Of a stretch of DNA of 64,000 nucleotides, positions 1 through 12,353 are shown in pieces (the stretch's first letter is position 1; every line of letters starts with the position of its first letter). The notes beneath the pieces are model-generated. The model saw only the letters and a program-made list of their open reading frames with translations, did no database searches and had not been told where the DNA came from. This stretch comes from Eledone cirrhosa. Taxonomy: Eukaryota. The DNA is taken from assembly GCA_964016885.1 (NCBI GenBank), contig OZ024745.1:35278001-35342000 (forward strand), given 5' to 3'. A program made the position numbers and the translations under genes.

Positions 1-411
1 TAACTAACCAGGTTGAGAGCCTCGGCTCTTATTCGGTTATTTTACCGCAACAGTGTTTTCCCTCGTAATGGCGGATTCCAATTACCCTCCTCTTTTGAAG
101 ATCACGTGGTCCTGCCACAGTATGAAACTGTTATCAATATCGCTGTGATTTATTAGTCCAAATCTGCCAGTCTATCTGATAAATATCTTCTGTTTAGGAT
201 TGAACTTCCGCTGATGATATGTCACGACAACTCTAGTTATGTAATATTTGGAAGTATTGCATATATTCTATAGGATTTGCTCACGTAACTGTTGTGCACA
301 GGATTTCGCATGGAAACTGTTTGTTTGTCTTCCACAAAAACACCTTGACCGGTCTCAGAGGTGAAATTTCGAGGTGTAAAAACCCATAGTCTTTATCATT
401 TCTTATGTATG

Positions 412-463
<52 letters not shown>

Positions 464-562
464 GGCTAACTGAATACACACGTGGTTTTCCCCAAAACTT
501 CTTTGTTTTTAATTATTTCTCTTCTCAATCTCCTCTATCTGTTTGTTTACTTCTTCATTTTA

Positions 563-598
563 TCTTCTGATGAAGGACTAACGCCTGAAAGGTTAAGA
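563..598 (+). ncRNA. Minimal type I hammerhead ribozyme-like motif (weak stem III)
   Basis: tctt-CTGATGA-AGG(actaacg)CCT-GAAA-gg-TT-aaga; stems I and II pair, stem III is imperfect. Confidence 0.55.
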
Positions 599-704
599 CA
601 CCTTTCTTACTATATCAAGCGTTCAACCAATAATTATCTTCATTGCATTGTATCGTTTTCTTGTATCATTTTGTATACACACACACACACACACACACAC
701 ATGT

Positions 705-747
<43 letters not shown>

Positions 748-771
748 GGCACACACACTCGCACACACTCG

Positions 772-829
<58 letters not shown>

Positions 830-874
830 TACATATAGTGAGCGAAGGCTTTGGAATAATCACAGAGGCAAATT

Positions 875-947
<73 letters not shown>

Positions 948-1018
948 ACAGAGATACAATATATACTTACAGACATATACAAACACAGGCATACGCATAT
1001 ATTTACATATATATAAAT

Positions 1019-1090
<72 letters not shown>

Positions 1091-1236
1091 AAAAAAGATG
1101 AAATCGAAAATACAACTGAAGTCTTTTTTTTTAATATATTTATTTGGTTCCTTTACCGGTTTCGCAGTTCTTGTGCTTTTCAAAAGTAGAATTAAGATGG
1201 GGGTCTGTGGTTTATATATATATATTATATATATAT

Positions 1237-1312
<76 letters not shown>

Positions 1313-1330
1313 TGTATATATATATATATA

Positions 1331-1414
<84 letters not shown>

Positions 1415-1470
1415 TGTATATATATATATATAATATATATATTGACCAAAAACCCTCCATCTCAATTCTA

Positions 1471-1506
1471 CTTTTGAAAAGCACAAGAACTGCGAAACCG
1501 GTAAAG
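1471..1506 (+). ncRNA. Hammerhead ribozyme, U3-A8 core variant (identical copy on the minus strand at 1151-1186)
   Basis: ctt-TTGAAAA-GCA(caagaac)TGC-GAAA-CCGG-TA-aag; palindromic stem III, GUA site. Confidence 0.6.
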
Positions 1507-1564
1507 GAACCAAATAAATATATTAAAAAAAGACTCCAGTTGTATTTTTGATTTCATCTTTTTT

Positions 1565-1611
<47 letters not shown>

Positions 1612-1612
<1 letters not shown>

Positions 1613-1725
1613 GTTATTCCGGGTTGAATCGGAGGTAACCACAGTAAGTAAGGTACTCAATACATAGCAGAGTATAACAGTTTTAATATAGATGAGATTC
1701 TACAGGACTAGAACTGTTTCATTCA
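1612..1725. repeat. Short dispersed repeat embedded in microsatellite; copies at 37296-37387 and 41066-41160
   Basis: Shared cgttattccgggttgaatcggagg...ttttaatatagatgaga. Confidence 0.8.
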
Positions 1726-2551
1726 ATATATATATATTTATATATATATATATTTATATTTATATATATGTAAATATATGCGTATGCCTGTCTTTGTATA
1801 TGTCTGTAAGTATATATTGTATCTCTGTACACACGTTATTCTGTACAGGTTCATTAAATAATTGGTATTCAAAAAAATGTCGAACGTTTTGATTGTCGGA
1901 TATTTGATTGACATTTTTGGCTATTCCAACTGATGTGTCTTCTCTCAGCAATATTCTCTAGATACTATTAAATCTTTTATAGCTTTTTCGTGATTCGACA
2001 TTTTGCGTGTATACAAAATGTAATGTTTAAAGTTATTTGTTTAGTGATGGCAATATCAGAGTCTTTCGTACATATATCCATACTTCCTTCTTTCGATATT
2101 TTTCCAGCGAATTTAATCTATGGGTATTTAACAAATACTAATAGCTTCAAACTCATATTTAACATCCATTAAAATCTAATAACTTTGAACTTCTGTCGTT
2201 TTTTAAAGCAAATGTGCTTTTAAAGGTTTTTCCGTTTTATTTCTGTTATATTTTTTCTAAAATTATGATCTCAATTTTTATTAATTGTCTCATCTTATGT
2301 AATTATACAAAATAGAAAAAAAAACACAGTACGGTTATGTACACAGACGTGTTTGTGTGAAATCACAAAAACAAGTAAACATTCTATATGTATGCGTTTG
2401 TTTATGCCTGTTAAAAAAAAACAAATAACAATATACACATATTCGTAATCACACAGGCATGCCACCCTCTCATGTAGATATATACATATATACATTAGAT
2501 GTATATGCGTAATCACACACACCTCACAGACACACACACACACACACACAG

Positions 2552-2582
<31 letters not shown>

Positions 2583-2636
2583 TGAGCGGACACACATATA
2601 TATATATGTGAGCAAATTTGTATATATATATATATA

Positions 2637-2868
2637 AATGAAGTGATTTCGTCGGAAAAGTTCAGGAAAAAAGAGTGCTCTATGTAGGTTACAGAGCTTA
2701 TTAGCTATGTAATAAACAACATAAGATAATTATAAAAAAATCCTGGTGTCTTTATTGACAGAACGACACCAGGATTTTTTCATTCTGATGAATGAAAGCA
2801 ATTTTGGTTACTTTCAAGAAACCACTGGTAAATGAAATGATTATCTTATGGTGTTTATTACATAACTA
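2637..2868 (+). mobile_element. Fold-back PLE-terminus mini-element with hammerhead at 2778-2837
   Basis: tttcatt-CTGATGA-stem II-GAAA-CCACTGG-TA-aatgaaa; inverted arms 2707-2750 vs 2765-2863; same family as 41345-41515. Confidence 0.75.
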
Positions 2869-2927
2869 TATATATATATAAATATATATATATATACACA
2901 CACACACACATACACACATACACACAC

Positions 2928-2959
<32 letters not shown>

Positions 2960-3065
2960 CAAATGTTAGTTAAACACATATCTGGAATTAACGCCATACA
3001 TACACACATACACACACATACATACATACATACGTAGGTACGTACATAGTTACATGCATACATAC

Positions 3066-3324
3066 ATGGTGGCTGCCAACTCGTTTTCGAGTACGGCCAC
3101 TACTTTATATCCATGTAGGAGAACCCCTACCGATACGCTGAACGAGTGTGACTCCCCAGTCCAGCCAGCGACTTGAAACTCTGGTACAAACACTACACTT
3201 GTGACAATTATTGACATATAGTGCTGGGCCCATGGTACCATGTGACGACAAGTGCAGAGAGATCTCCAGATATAAAGCAATGCCTGTGCCGTGAAGCTTT
3301 TATAGTGAGCAAAGGCACTGCACA
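3066..3324 (-). mobile_element. 3' part of (TGTA)n-tailed non-autonomous RTE-like element
   Basis: Near-identical to 8170-8430, 5735-5992 and 41940-42185; flanked by (CATA)n. Confidence 0.75.
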
Positions 3325-4113
3325 ATATACATACATACATACATACATACATACATACATACATACATACATACATACATACATACATACATACATACAT
3401 CACAGCGACAGGCAACCGCACACGCTCAAGGACGCTTGCACCAATACTTAGACACACATACAAACATATGAACATAGACGAGGATTGACTTCAATGATTA
3501 CATTTGAACTATAAAGAGAAGTAGACAATGGTATTAAATGTTCACATGATTTGAAGTCTTTTTGTTTGTATTGAAGCTATGCTGGATTATTATAAACAAG
3601 TAATAATGTTTATAACGGTCATTAATGATTTCTAATCGTTACAAAAGATCACGCACTCATAGGAAAGACGAATAGTTCATTGAATTAACCCTCCCACTGT
3701 ATATAACTGTTGCGAAAACACTTGGATTAGTGGGTAAAATGTACAGACCATAATTGAAAGGCAATATTAAATGGTTTACCTTACAACGGAGCAGCAGGCA
3801 AAAAAGAAGCGGTACCTGTAATTCAACATGCCAACCATGTTACACAGAGAATCTCTAAGAACTATGTTAAGGCTTCACGCATTTGCAGGATGCTTAGCTA
3901 CTGTTACGTTAACTTCACGAGCAGGCTCTTCTGCTTGTTGGATCGGACGAACGTTCAACACTCATATAGCTGTTGATTATTCAAATCAACGAGAGACCGC
4001 CAGATCGTGTTATTTTTTACTGATTTAGTCAGAATGATAGGGTCTTGCCCCATAGACATTGCAGACCATTCTTCTTCTTCTTGGATACACACACTGATAG
4101 ATACTGTTCCAAA

Positions 4114-4162
<49 letters not shown>

Positions 4163-4254
4163 CTACATACATTCCTTTCTCTGTTCCCCTCTCGTTGATG
4201 GTGGAGACTTGTTAAAGTCTCAGACATTATTATCAGAGCCATAGAGAAACTGAC

Positions 4255-5290
4255 TTGTTCTTGGGCTACTATCCTAAAGTTAAAACCAGAGAAGGAAAAT
4301 CTACAACCCAATCTAGCAACATTTTTATCAATGGCCTAACTGTTTCACCAATATCTGGTGAGAACTGCCGCAGATACCTGACGATAGATGAGAATATATC
4401 CTATAATGGTATTTGTAATAAGGAACGCGTAACCAGGGAATATTACACGCACAATAAAACAATAGCTCACAATGTGTTTGCTGTGCCTGTCCTAACACCA
4501 ACGTTTGGAATACTCAATTGGACGATAAATGAAATCCGAGCAATTGATTACTAAAACTAAAAATGTCTAAACAACACCGGAAACCTCCACATCCACAGTG
4601 ACATAGACCGCTTCAACTTGAAATGTTAGCAGAGAGGCAGAGGCCTAACATCAGTCCAGACAGCAATAGAGTGTTGCATCATATCCCTCCGACAACATTT
4701 ACGAACCTTGAAGTGTAGGAGCCCATCTATTGAGCGAGTCTCTCTGCATGAGACACAAAAGATCATGAGAGTTGGGAAGGAACTCCTTGAAGGATACTCA
4801 CTGCATGATAATCAGGGAAATTGCCGCAGTGAATCCATTGAAGAAAAACTGCATGCTTATTAGCAAAAAAATTAAGTATGGATATGTTGCCAGGAAGCTC
4901 CAGAGTGAGAGTAATATAGACAAGTAATGTAGTCTATTTTGGACAAACAATCGCTATATTGGGGTTTTGCATAAAATACCTGATTCACAAATGGGATAGT
5001 GATGTAGACAAAACACCAAGATGTGACAACAAGTCCAAACTCTGCAAAATTAGCATCGATGAGATATCACCCGTGTCATCAGCAGCTGTCCAAAGATGTC
5101 ATCACGGTACTATCTACCCATGAGGCATGAGGTAGTGGCCAAAACACTGTTCAATGCAATCCGTAGAAAAGATGGCCCGACAATAAACACATTAACATTT
5201 ACAGCATTGCCGAAGACATACACACACACACATAATATAAAAGAGTACTGGTGGAATGTTCCAATCAAAACCCCAATAAAATGCAGACAA
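4255..5290 (+). pseudogene. Degraded R4/Dong-type (RLE) non-LTR retrotransposon ORF, RT C-terminus to zinc-knuckle/RHD region
   Basis: NKTIAHNVFAVPVLTPTFGILNW..EIRAID, HSDIDR, RGRGL and SSCPKMSSRYYLPMRHEVVAK motifs; many stops and frameshifts. Confidence 0.7.
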
Positions 5291-5562
5291 TAATAAAGAA
5301 CAATTGAGAAAAGGTAAGTTAACATGTTGGATGTTAGCCCTTCATCAGAGGATAACAGGAAATAAAAGATAGGTTGTTTAGGAAAGAGATGTAAATGAGG
5401 GCAGGCGAGAGTAAAGAAAAGATCAGGAGGAAGGAAAAGAGGACAGATAACATAAGTGCTGTTAGTCAGGTCATATATTCGTATGTATGTATGTATGTAT
5501 GTATGTATGTATGTATGTATGTATGTATGTATGTATGTATGTATGTATGTATGTATGTATGT

Positions 5563-6580
5563 ACGGGAGAGATGAACCCTACAGGAGAGATGACCCCTTA
5601 GCCTTTGTCAAGGCAGAATTCTAGGAGAAGGAAAACTCTGATATAACACCTGCAACACTGATGGTATCCAATGATGTTGACTTGTTCTTCTTTTTGGTAA
5701 ATATCATCTTGGTTAAGAGAGTGGGACTGGCTTTGTGCAGTGCCTTTGCTCACTATAAAAGCTTCACGGCACATGCATTGCTTTATATCTGGAGATCTCT
5801 CTGCACTTGTCGTCACATGGTACCATGGGCCCAGCACTATGTGTCAATAATTGTCGCAAGTGTAGTGTTTGTACCAGAGTTTTCAAGTCGCTGACTGGAC
5901 TAAAAAGTCACAATCGTTCAGCGCATCGGTAGGGGTTCTCCTACATGGATATAAAGTAGTGGCCGTACTCGAAAACGAGTTGGCAGCCACCATGTATGTA
6001 TGTCAGGTCACTCTTAAGTGTTACTGGTAACATGTAACCGAGTACAACCTGTCGCATGGTCGGGTCGTTGGCGACTAAACCGGCAACCCCACCAAGTTTA
6101 CTTTGTGAGGAGGGTGATTTTGGACACTTTGCAGGACAAAAGGCAAAACCTGACAAAGGGCGGAAGAACTCATTAGAGTCAACGGCCATCCAAAAATGTG
6201 TAAATATGTATGTACACATGTGCATATATATGTATAGGCGCGGGGACATCGAAATAGTCAGGCTGCATACCGGATCTCGCGGTTAAACCACTGGGAGTGA
6301 AGGACCCCTAGCCTTTGTCAAGGCATTCTTCTAGGAAAGGCAACTCAGGAAACTGGGATAACTCCAACATAAAACCTACGGCTCAGTAGTTACCGATGAT
6401 GTTGATCTTTTCTTCTCTTCAGGTTATAGCTACTTTTGCTCAGAGAGTGGGATTGGCTCAGTGCACAGTTTTTCCTCACTTAAAAAACGCACAGGCATTG
6501 CACAATAGAATTAATTGATAATTATTAATAATGTTATATCGTGCAATGACCATACTCGATAACGAGGGGGGCAGCCATCA
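5563..6580 (+). mobile_element. Two tandem (TGTA)n-tailed non-autonomous RTE-like elements (5563-5992, 6002-6580)
   Basis: Both carry ccctagcctttgtcaaggca..ctagga(g)aagg and end in gcagcca(c/t)catgtatgta. Confidence 0.7.
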
Positions 6581-6934
6581 TGTATGTATGTATGTATGTA
6601 TGTATTTAAGTATGTATGTATGAATTTGTGTATATATATATGTATGTATGTCTATGAATCTTTGTATTTCACTATAAACTTATTCACGTATATCCAAACA
6701 CGCACACATATATGTTTGTGTGTGTGATTCAGTGTCTGAGTCTGAGAGAGTTATATCTTTGTCAATTAAAAATTATCGTTTTTTTTTTTCATTATAAATA
6801 TAAACTAAATCAATAACAGCAGAATCTGGTGCATCAGATAGAATAACTGTAATAGTATCATTAGTAACACTATAACAACAACAATAACTACAACAGCAAC
6901 ATACATACACACATACTATATAGTATTATATAGA

Positions 6935-7320
6935 GGCGGTGGATTGGCAGTATCGGTAGAGGGTCGGCTGCCATGCTTTGCAGCACAGTTACGTCTCTTT
7001 ACGGACTGAGTTCAAATCCCGCCAAGGTTAACTTTGCCTTTCATCCTTACGGGGTCGATAAAATAAAGTACCAGTAATACACTGGGATAATTGCTGGCCT
7101 TATGCCAAAAGTAGACACAATTATTAAGAGGCGGTGGATTACTAGTATCGGAAGATCGTCGGTAAAATGCTTTGCCGCATTTAGTTACATCCCTGTACGT
7201 TGTAAATTCAAATATCAACGAGATTAACTTTACATTTCATCCTTACGGGGACGATAAAATAAAGACCCCGTATGCACTGGAGTCGATTTAACCGACGTTC
7301 CCTCCCTCCAAATTTAATCT
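6935..7320 (+). mobile_element. Two tandem tRNA-derived Nin/Deu-domain SINEs
   Basis: A-box-like tggcagtatcgg, B box gagttcaaatcc, Nin core gcctttcatccttacggggtcgataaaataaagtaccagt. Confidence 0.8.
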
Positions 7321-7618
7321 GCAACCGTTATTAGTATTTATAAGTCCTTGTAAGTCCTTATTATCTTCAGTGGAGAAATATCTGTCCTTGTCACTTTCAG
7401 TGGTAAAGCGTCTCGTATTTGGTTGCTATTTTCAAACTCAAATTGACAAGGACTTAAAAGGACAATAATAATATTTTCTTGAACAACACTGTATTATCAA
7501 AGCATACGAACCAACAGTGAAGTTATTCGTTCTTTTTTTTTTCAAATATATACATACACATATACGTACATACATGCATGTGTATCATACATAGATGCAT
7601 GCACACACATACACACAT

Positions 7619-7672
<54 letters not shown>

Positions 7673-7677
<5 letters not shown>

Positions 7678-7928
7678 TAAGAGGAATTCCAACTTTGTCT
7701 GATTTACTCGTTTTATTTACAATCCTTTAAAATATATATAATGGTATTATAATGAAATAGTATGATAGAATATTAAATTCTAAGTGTTAATTGAACAAGT
7801 ACTTTCATGCTTTCGCAATCTTCAGGTTCATGATATGTGGTGACAGTCGAGTTTGCAATTTTCAACAATTTTAAAGGATTGTAAATAAAACGAGTAAATC
7901 AGACAAAGTTGGAATTCCTCTTATTAAT
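7673..7928 (-). mobile_element. Fold-back mini-element (60-bp inverted arms) with intact minimal hammerhead at 7792-7830 (-)
   Basis: Minus strand tgaac-CTGAAGA-tTGC(gaaa)GCAt-GAAA-GTAC-TT-gttca; arms 7673-7733/7869-7928. Confidence 0.8.
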
Positions 7929-7979
7929 ATAATCTTCTATACACAATCATACACACCCGTGTATATTTACCTATCTATA

Positions 7980-8051
<72 letters not shown>

Positions 8052-8169
8052 TATATATACATACTTATATACTGATATATATATATATATATATACTGTA
8101 TATATATATATATGCAAATATATATGTACATACACATATACGTACATACATACATACATACATACATAC

Positions 8170-8795
8170 ATGGTGGTGGCTGCCAACTCGTTTTCGAGTA
8201 CGGTCACTACTTCATATCCATGTAGGAGAACCCCTACCGATGCGCTGAACGAGTGTGACTTTTTAGTCCAGCCAGCGACTTGAAAACTCTGGTACAAACA
8301 CTACACTTGTGACAATTATTGACACATAGTGCTGGGCCCATGGTACCATGTGACGACAAGTGCAGAGAGATCTCCAGATATAAAGCAATGCCTGTGCCGT
8401 GAAGCTTTTATAGTGAGCAAAGGCACTGCACAAAGGCACTGCACAAAGCCAGTCCCACTCTCTTAACCAAGATGATATTTACCAAAAAGAAGAACAAGTC
8501 AACATCATTGGATACCATCAGGGTTGCAGGTGTTATATCAGAGTTTTCCTTCTCCTAGAATTCTGCCTTGACAAAGGCTAAGGGGTCATCTCTCCCGGTG
8601 ATTTTGGATGGCCATTGACTCTTAAGAGCGCTTTTGCCCTTTGACAGGTTTTGTTTTTAGTCCTGCAGGATGTCCAAAGTCACCCTCCTCACCAAGAAAC
8701 CTTGGTGGGGTTCCCAGTTTAGTCGCCAATGACCCGACCATGAGACAGGTTGTACTGGGATACATGTTACCAGTAGCACCAACTGGTGACCTGAC
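8170..8795 (-). mobile_element. Apparently full-length (~625 bp) non-autonomous RTE-like element in (CATA)n
   Basis: Joins the modules found separately elsewhere; (CATA)n on both sides; RTE 5'UTR-like ctaggagaaggaaaactctga. Confidence 0.7.
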
Positions 8796-8989
8796 ATACA
8801 TACATACATACATACATACATACATACATACATACATACATACATACATACATACATACATAGATAGATACACACACACACACATATATCCATACACACA
8901 CATATATATATATATATACATACTTATATACTGATATATATATATATATATATATACATATGCAAACATATATGTACATACACATATAC

Positions 8990-9105
<116 letters not shown>

Positions 9106-9892
9106 GTGTGTTTATGTGTGTGTGCGTGCGCCGCGTGTGCGTGCGCCGCGTGTGTATGTGAATGTGTCTGGGTGTGTGCATATTTACATATATACACGCA
9201 TACATATGACCATCAATTTGAATATCTAACTATACAACTAAATAAAATGTTACATGCTTTGATTCAATTATCCTTTAATGGAAGTATTTTAATATTTTTG
9301 CAGACAATAAATTAAGGAATCAATCAATTACTTTGTAACATTCCTAAGCCCTTTGAGAACATCTGTCTCTATTGTTAGATCGATAAATAGGTATGTGGCC
9401 ACTCCTACACTCATACAAAGATTAAATAGGTACACAATTTAGAAGGATACATGGAGATGCATACTCACACACACACAAACATACACAAACATACGTATAT
9501 ATATATATATTATATATATAAAAAAATATTTCATATATATGTGTTAGTTTCAGCGGCTATATCATGTCCAAGTGTCGTCCTCATTGATTCATTCATAAAT
9601 ATAGAATCTGTTCTCAAGTCTGGTATGTATTTTATCGATTTCTTTCGGCGAGCCGCTAAGTTCCGAGAAACAAGTTTAACGATTTATTGAAATCGTGAGT
9701 ACTAAACTCGATTCAAATTCTGTTATCACTCCTGTAATTTAGAATCAGTACATCATAATTAAAAATATATTATTTTATATACTTTTGTATCATAGGCAAT
9801 GTCTGGCTTTTAATCGTGTGTTTGTTTGGTTATATATATATATATATATATACGATATTAACAAATGGAAACTATATTTATAAAACCATATT

Positions 9893-9957
9893 TATTTCAT
9901 TATACATATTTCAAGGACACCAAGTTAAATTATGGTGTGCTTTCATCAGATAAAATA
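9893..9957 (-). ncRNA. Hammerhead ribozyme in PLE A terminal repeat (partner at 17340-17403 has C3->T)
   Basis: tattttat-CTGATGA-AAGcACACCA..TGGTGTcCTT-GAAA-TATGTA-TA-atgaaata. Confidence 0.8.
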
Positions 9958-10786
9958 TAATATAGATCAGTTTTATAAATAAATATTGACATACCCTTAA
10001 AAAATGCAACCATTACTGTTGGAAGCTCCCGGATAGTGGAGTTGAAGCTTAATTATATTATTATTAGTATTGGATATTTTTATTTTTAAAATAAGCCGTT
10101 GGGTTACGGAGAAAGAGAAAGATAAAGAAGGAGAGAGAGAAAAAGGGAGAGAGAGATAAAAGAGAGAGAGAGAGAGAGACCAAAACAACAGAGAAAGAAA
10201 GATATATATAGAGAGAGAGAGGAGACAAAGAGAAGGGGAGAGAACGAAAAACTCTAAGTCATATATCTTGTTGAGTTAACTTAACAATTGGGATGAAATG
10301 AATAAATAAAATTAGAAATGTTAATAATCATGAATGGAATATACATATATAATATGAGAAATTTACCATTGTTTAAATATGATTTAAAAATTGAGATCAA
10401 TATATTAAAAATTGGGATCTATATATTAAGAAATCCATATATTACTAGAGAGCTACATATCATATAACACGTATACACACGCAAAAATACATATAAATAT
10501 ATATACACACTTATCAAATACATATACATATCTAACTACGTATATAATATATACACACAAAACATAAAGGATTCTTTAATTTAATTTAAGATATAGGAAT
10601 CTTATAAAATGTTATAATTGTTAAGATATTAAAGGACATTTTATGTTATACACACTTTATGTTATTAAACAAAATTTTTTTTATATAAGTTTTATAAGAT
10701 TACCTGTTATGTATTTATGGCTGTTATTATATGTCCATCTGTCACGGATCTTGGGATAATCACTATGCATAAGTGCACAACCTTTC

Positions 10787-12137
10787 ATGCCAAGGAAATC
10801 TAAGATTAATATGAAGGATCATAAAAGGAACTTCGAAACTGATTTACCAGTCAGATTAATTGCACCATCTAAATCGGACCTTGGCAGACTTAGCAAAAAT
10901 ATTCTAGACAGAATAATACCACAAATTAAGAATTTATCTTTTTTAAAATTATGGAAAGGAACTAGTGAAGTTATCGATTGGTTTAAAGAAATTAAATATA
11001 ACTATAATAATAAGTTTATTCAGTTGGATATTGCTAACTATTACTCATCTATCACACCTAATCTACTGAATAAGGCACTAACTTGCGCATTTAAACATAC
11101 AGACCTAACTAGCAATGAAATTCACATTATATTATCGACACGGCAAACATTAATAGAATTTAATAACCAACGCTGTACTAGGGCAGATAGAAATAATAAT
11201 TTCGACATAACTATGGGATCATCCGATTCCGCTCAGGTAACGGATCTTGTGGGCCTATTTATAATTAATTCTCTACATAGAAAAATACCTGAGATAACCG
11301 GAGGTTTATATCGTGACGACATGCTTTTACTTATAGAAAATAATAACTGTGAACTAAATAGAAATAGAAAACAAATTATACAATTTTTTAATTACCTTAA
11401 TCTAAAAGTAGAAATAGAGAATAACCATAAAATAGTTAATTTTCTAGATGTAACACTAAATCTTAACACATGTCTTCATTATCCATTTCACAAACTAAAT
11501 GATAACTTAAATTACGTCAATTTTAACTCTAATCTCCCCAGATCCGTTAAAAATACTATAGTGAACTCTGTACAAGAACGAATTTCGAGAATTTCAGCTA
11601 ATAAGAATATATTTGATGAAAAAGCACATTATTACAACGATGCATTAGGTGGAGCTGGGTATGGAAATAAAATTAAATACATCGATAATAATAATAATAT
11701 AACAACTAACCATAATCGTAACAATTTTAACTATGGTAACAATTTTAACAACTATAATAGAAAACCTTACATTAATTCCGAAAGCCGAAAAAAATAGAAC
11801 TAGGAACATATTATGGTTCGCTCCTCCTTTCTCATTAAATATTAAAAAACTATTTTTTAAAGCTCTTGACAAATGCTTCCCTAGAACACATAGATTTTAC
11901 TCAATTTTTAATAGACATACTATAAAATTAACTTATTCTTCCACCAAAAATTTAGCGCAAAATATTAATAGAATTAATAATAGAAATTTAAAACCTAACC
12001 AAAATACCAATAATAACCCAAGCAATATCCAATTTGATAAATGTAACTGTAGAAATAAATCTAACTATCCGTTAAATAACAATTGCTTAGCTAAAAATGT
12101 AGTATATAATTGTAATGTAAAAACTAATTTAAATTCA
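10787..12137 (+). pseudogene. PLE A reverse transcriptase and Cys-rich linker (frameshift near 11790)
   Basis: LPVRLI, LDIANYYSSI, ITMGS, GLYRDD, NFLDVTL, WFAPPFS, CNCRNKSNYPLNNNC..NVVY. Confidence 0.9.
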
Positions 12138-12185
12138 GCATGGCTTGGCAAGATATTTAGAACGCTGGTTTGAGACCTTTATTTC

Positions 12186-12220
12186 CCTCTGAAGAAGAGA
12201 TATTATCTCGAAAATTAAGG
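12186..12220 (+). ncRNA. Minimal hammerhead in PLE B pLTR (second copy 15322-15356)
   Basis: cct-CTGAAGA-a-GAGAT(att)ATCTC-GAAA-AT-TA-agg; the second copy reads CTGAAGTA. Confidence 0.7.
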
Positions 12221-12353
12221 ACATTTAAATAATTCTAAGGTAAAAGACGAATTGTCAACAATATCTTTTGCAATTGCATTCTTTTTTCTATGTCCATACC
12301 TGCATTGTTTTGGCTTTATTATACATATTCAAACGTTTATACCCCATTACACA

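Larger units (their letters stand above)
944..1832. repeat. Nested inverted repeat around (TA)n tracts (944-1010/1764-1832 and 1087-1211/1442-1568)
   Basis: The arms are reverse complements, e.g. gtgtacagagatacaat/attgtatctctgtacac and gggaaaaaagatgaaatc/gatttcatcttttttccc. Confidence 0.9.

Noticed and set aside
200-256. CTGATGA hammerhead-like motifs at 210, 5342 (-), 45824 and 51947
   Set aside because: The GAAA box, stem III or stem I is missing; these are at best decayed remnants.
6002-6090. Possible HDV-like ribozyme at the 5' end of the RTE-like family
   Set aside because: P3- and P4-like hairpins and CTAA are present, but there is no room for the 3' strand of P1, so I could not build the fold.
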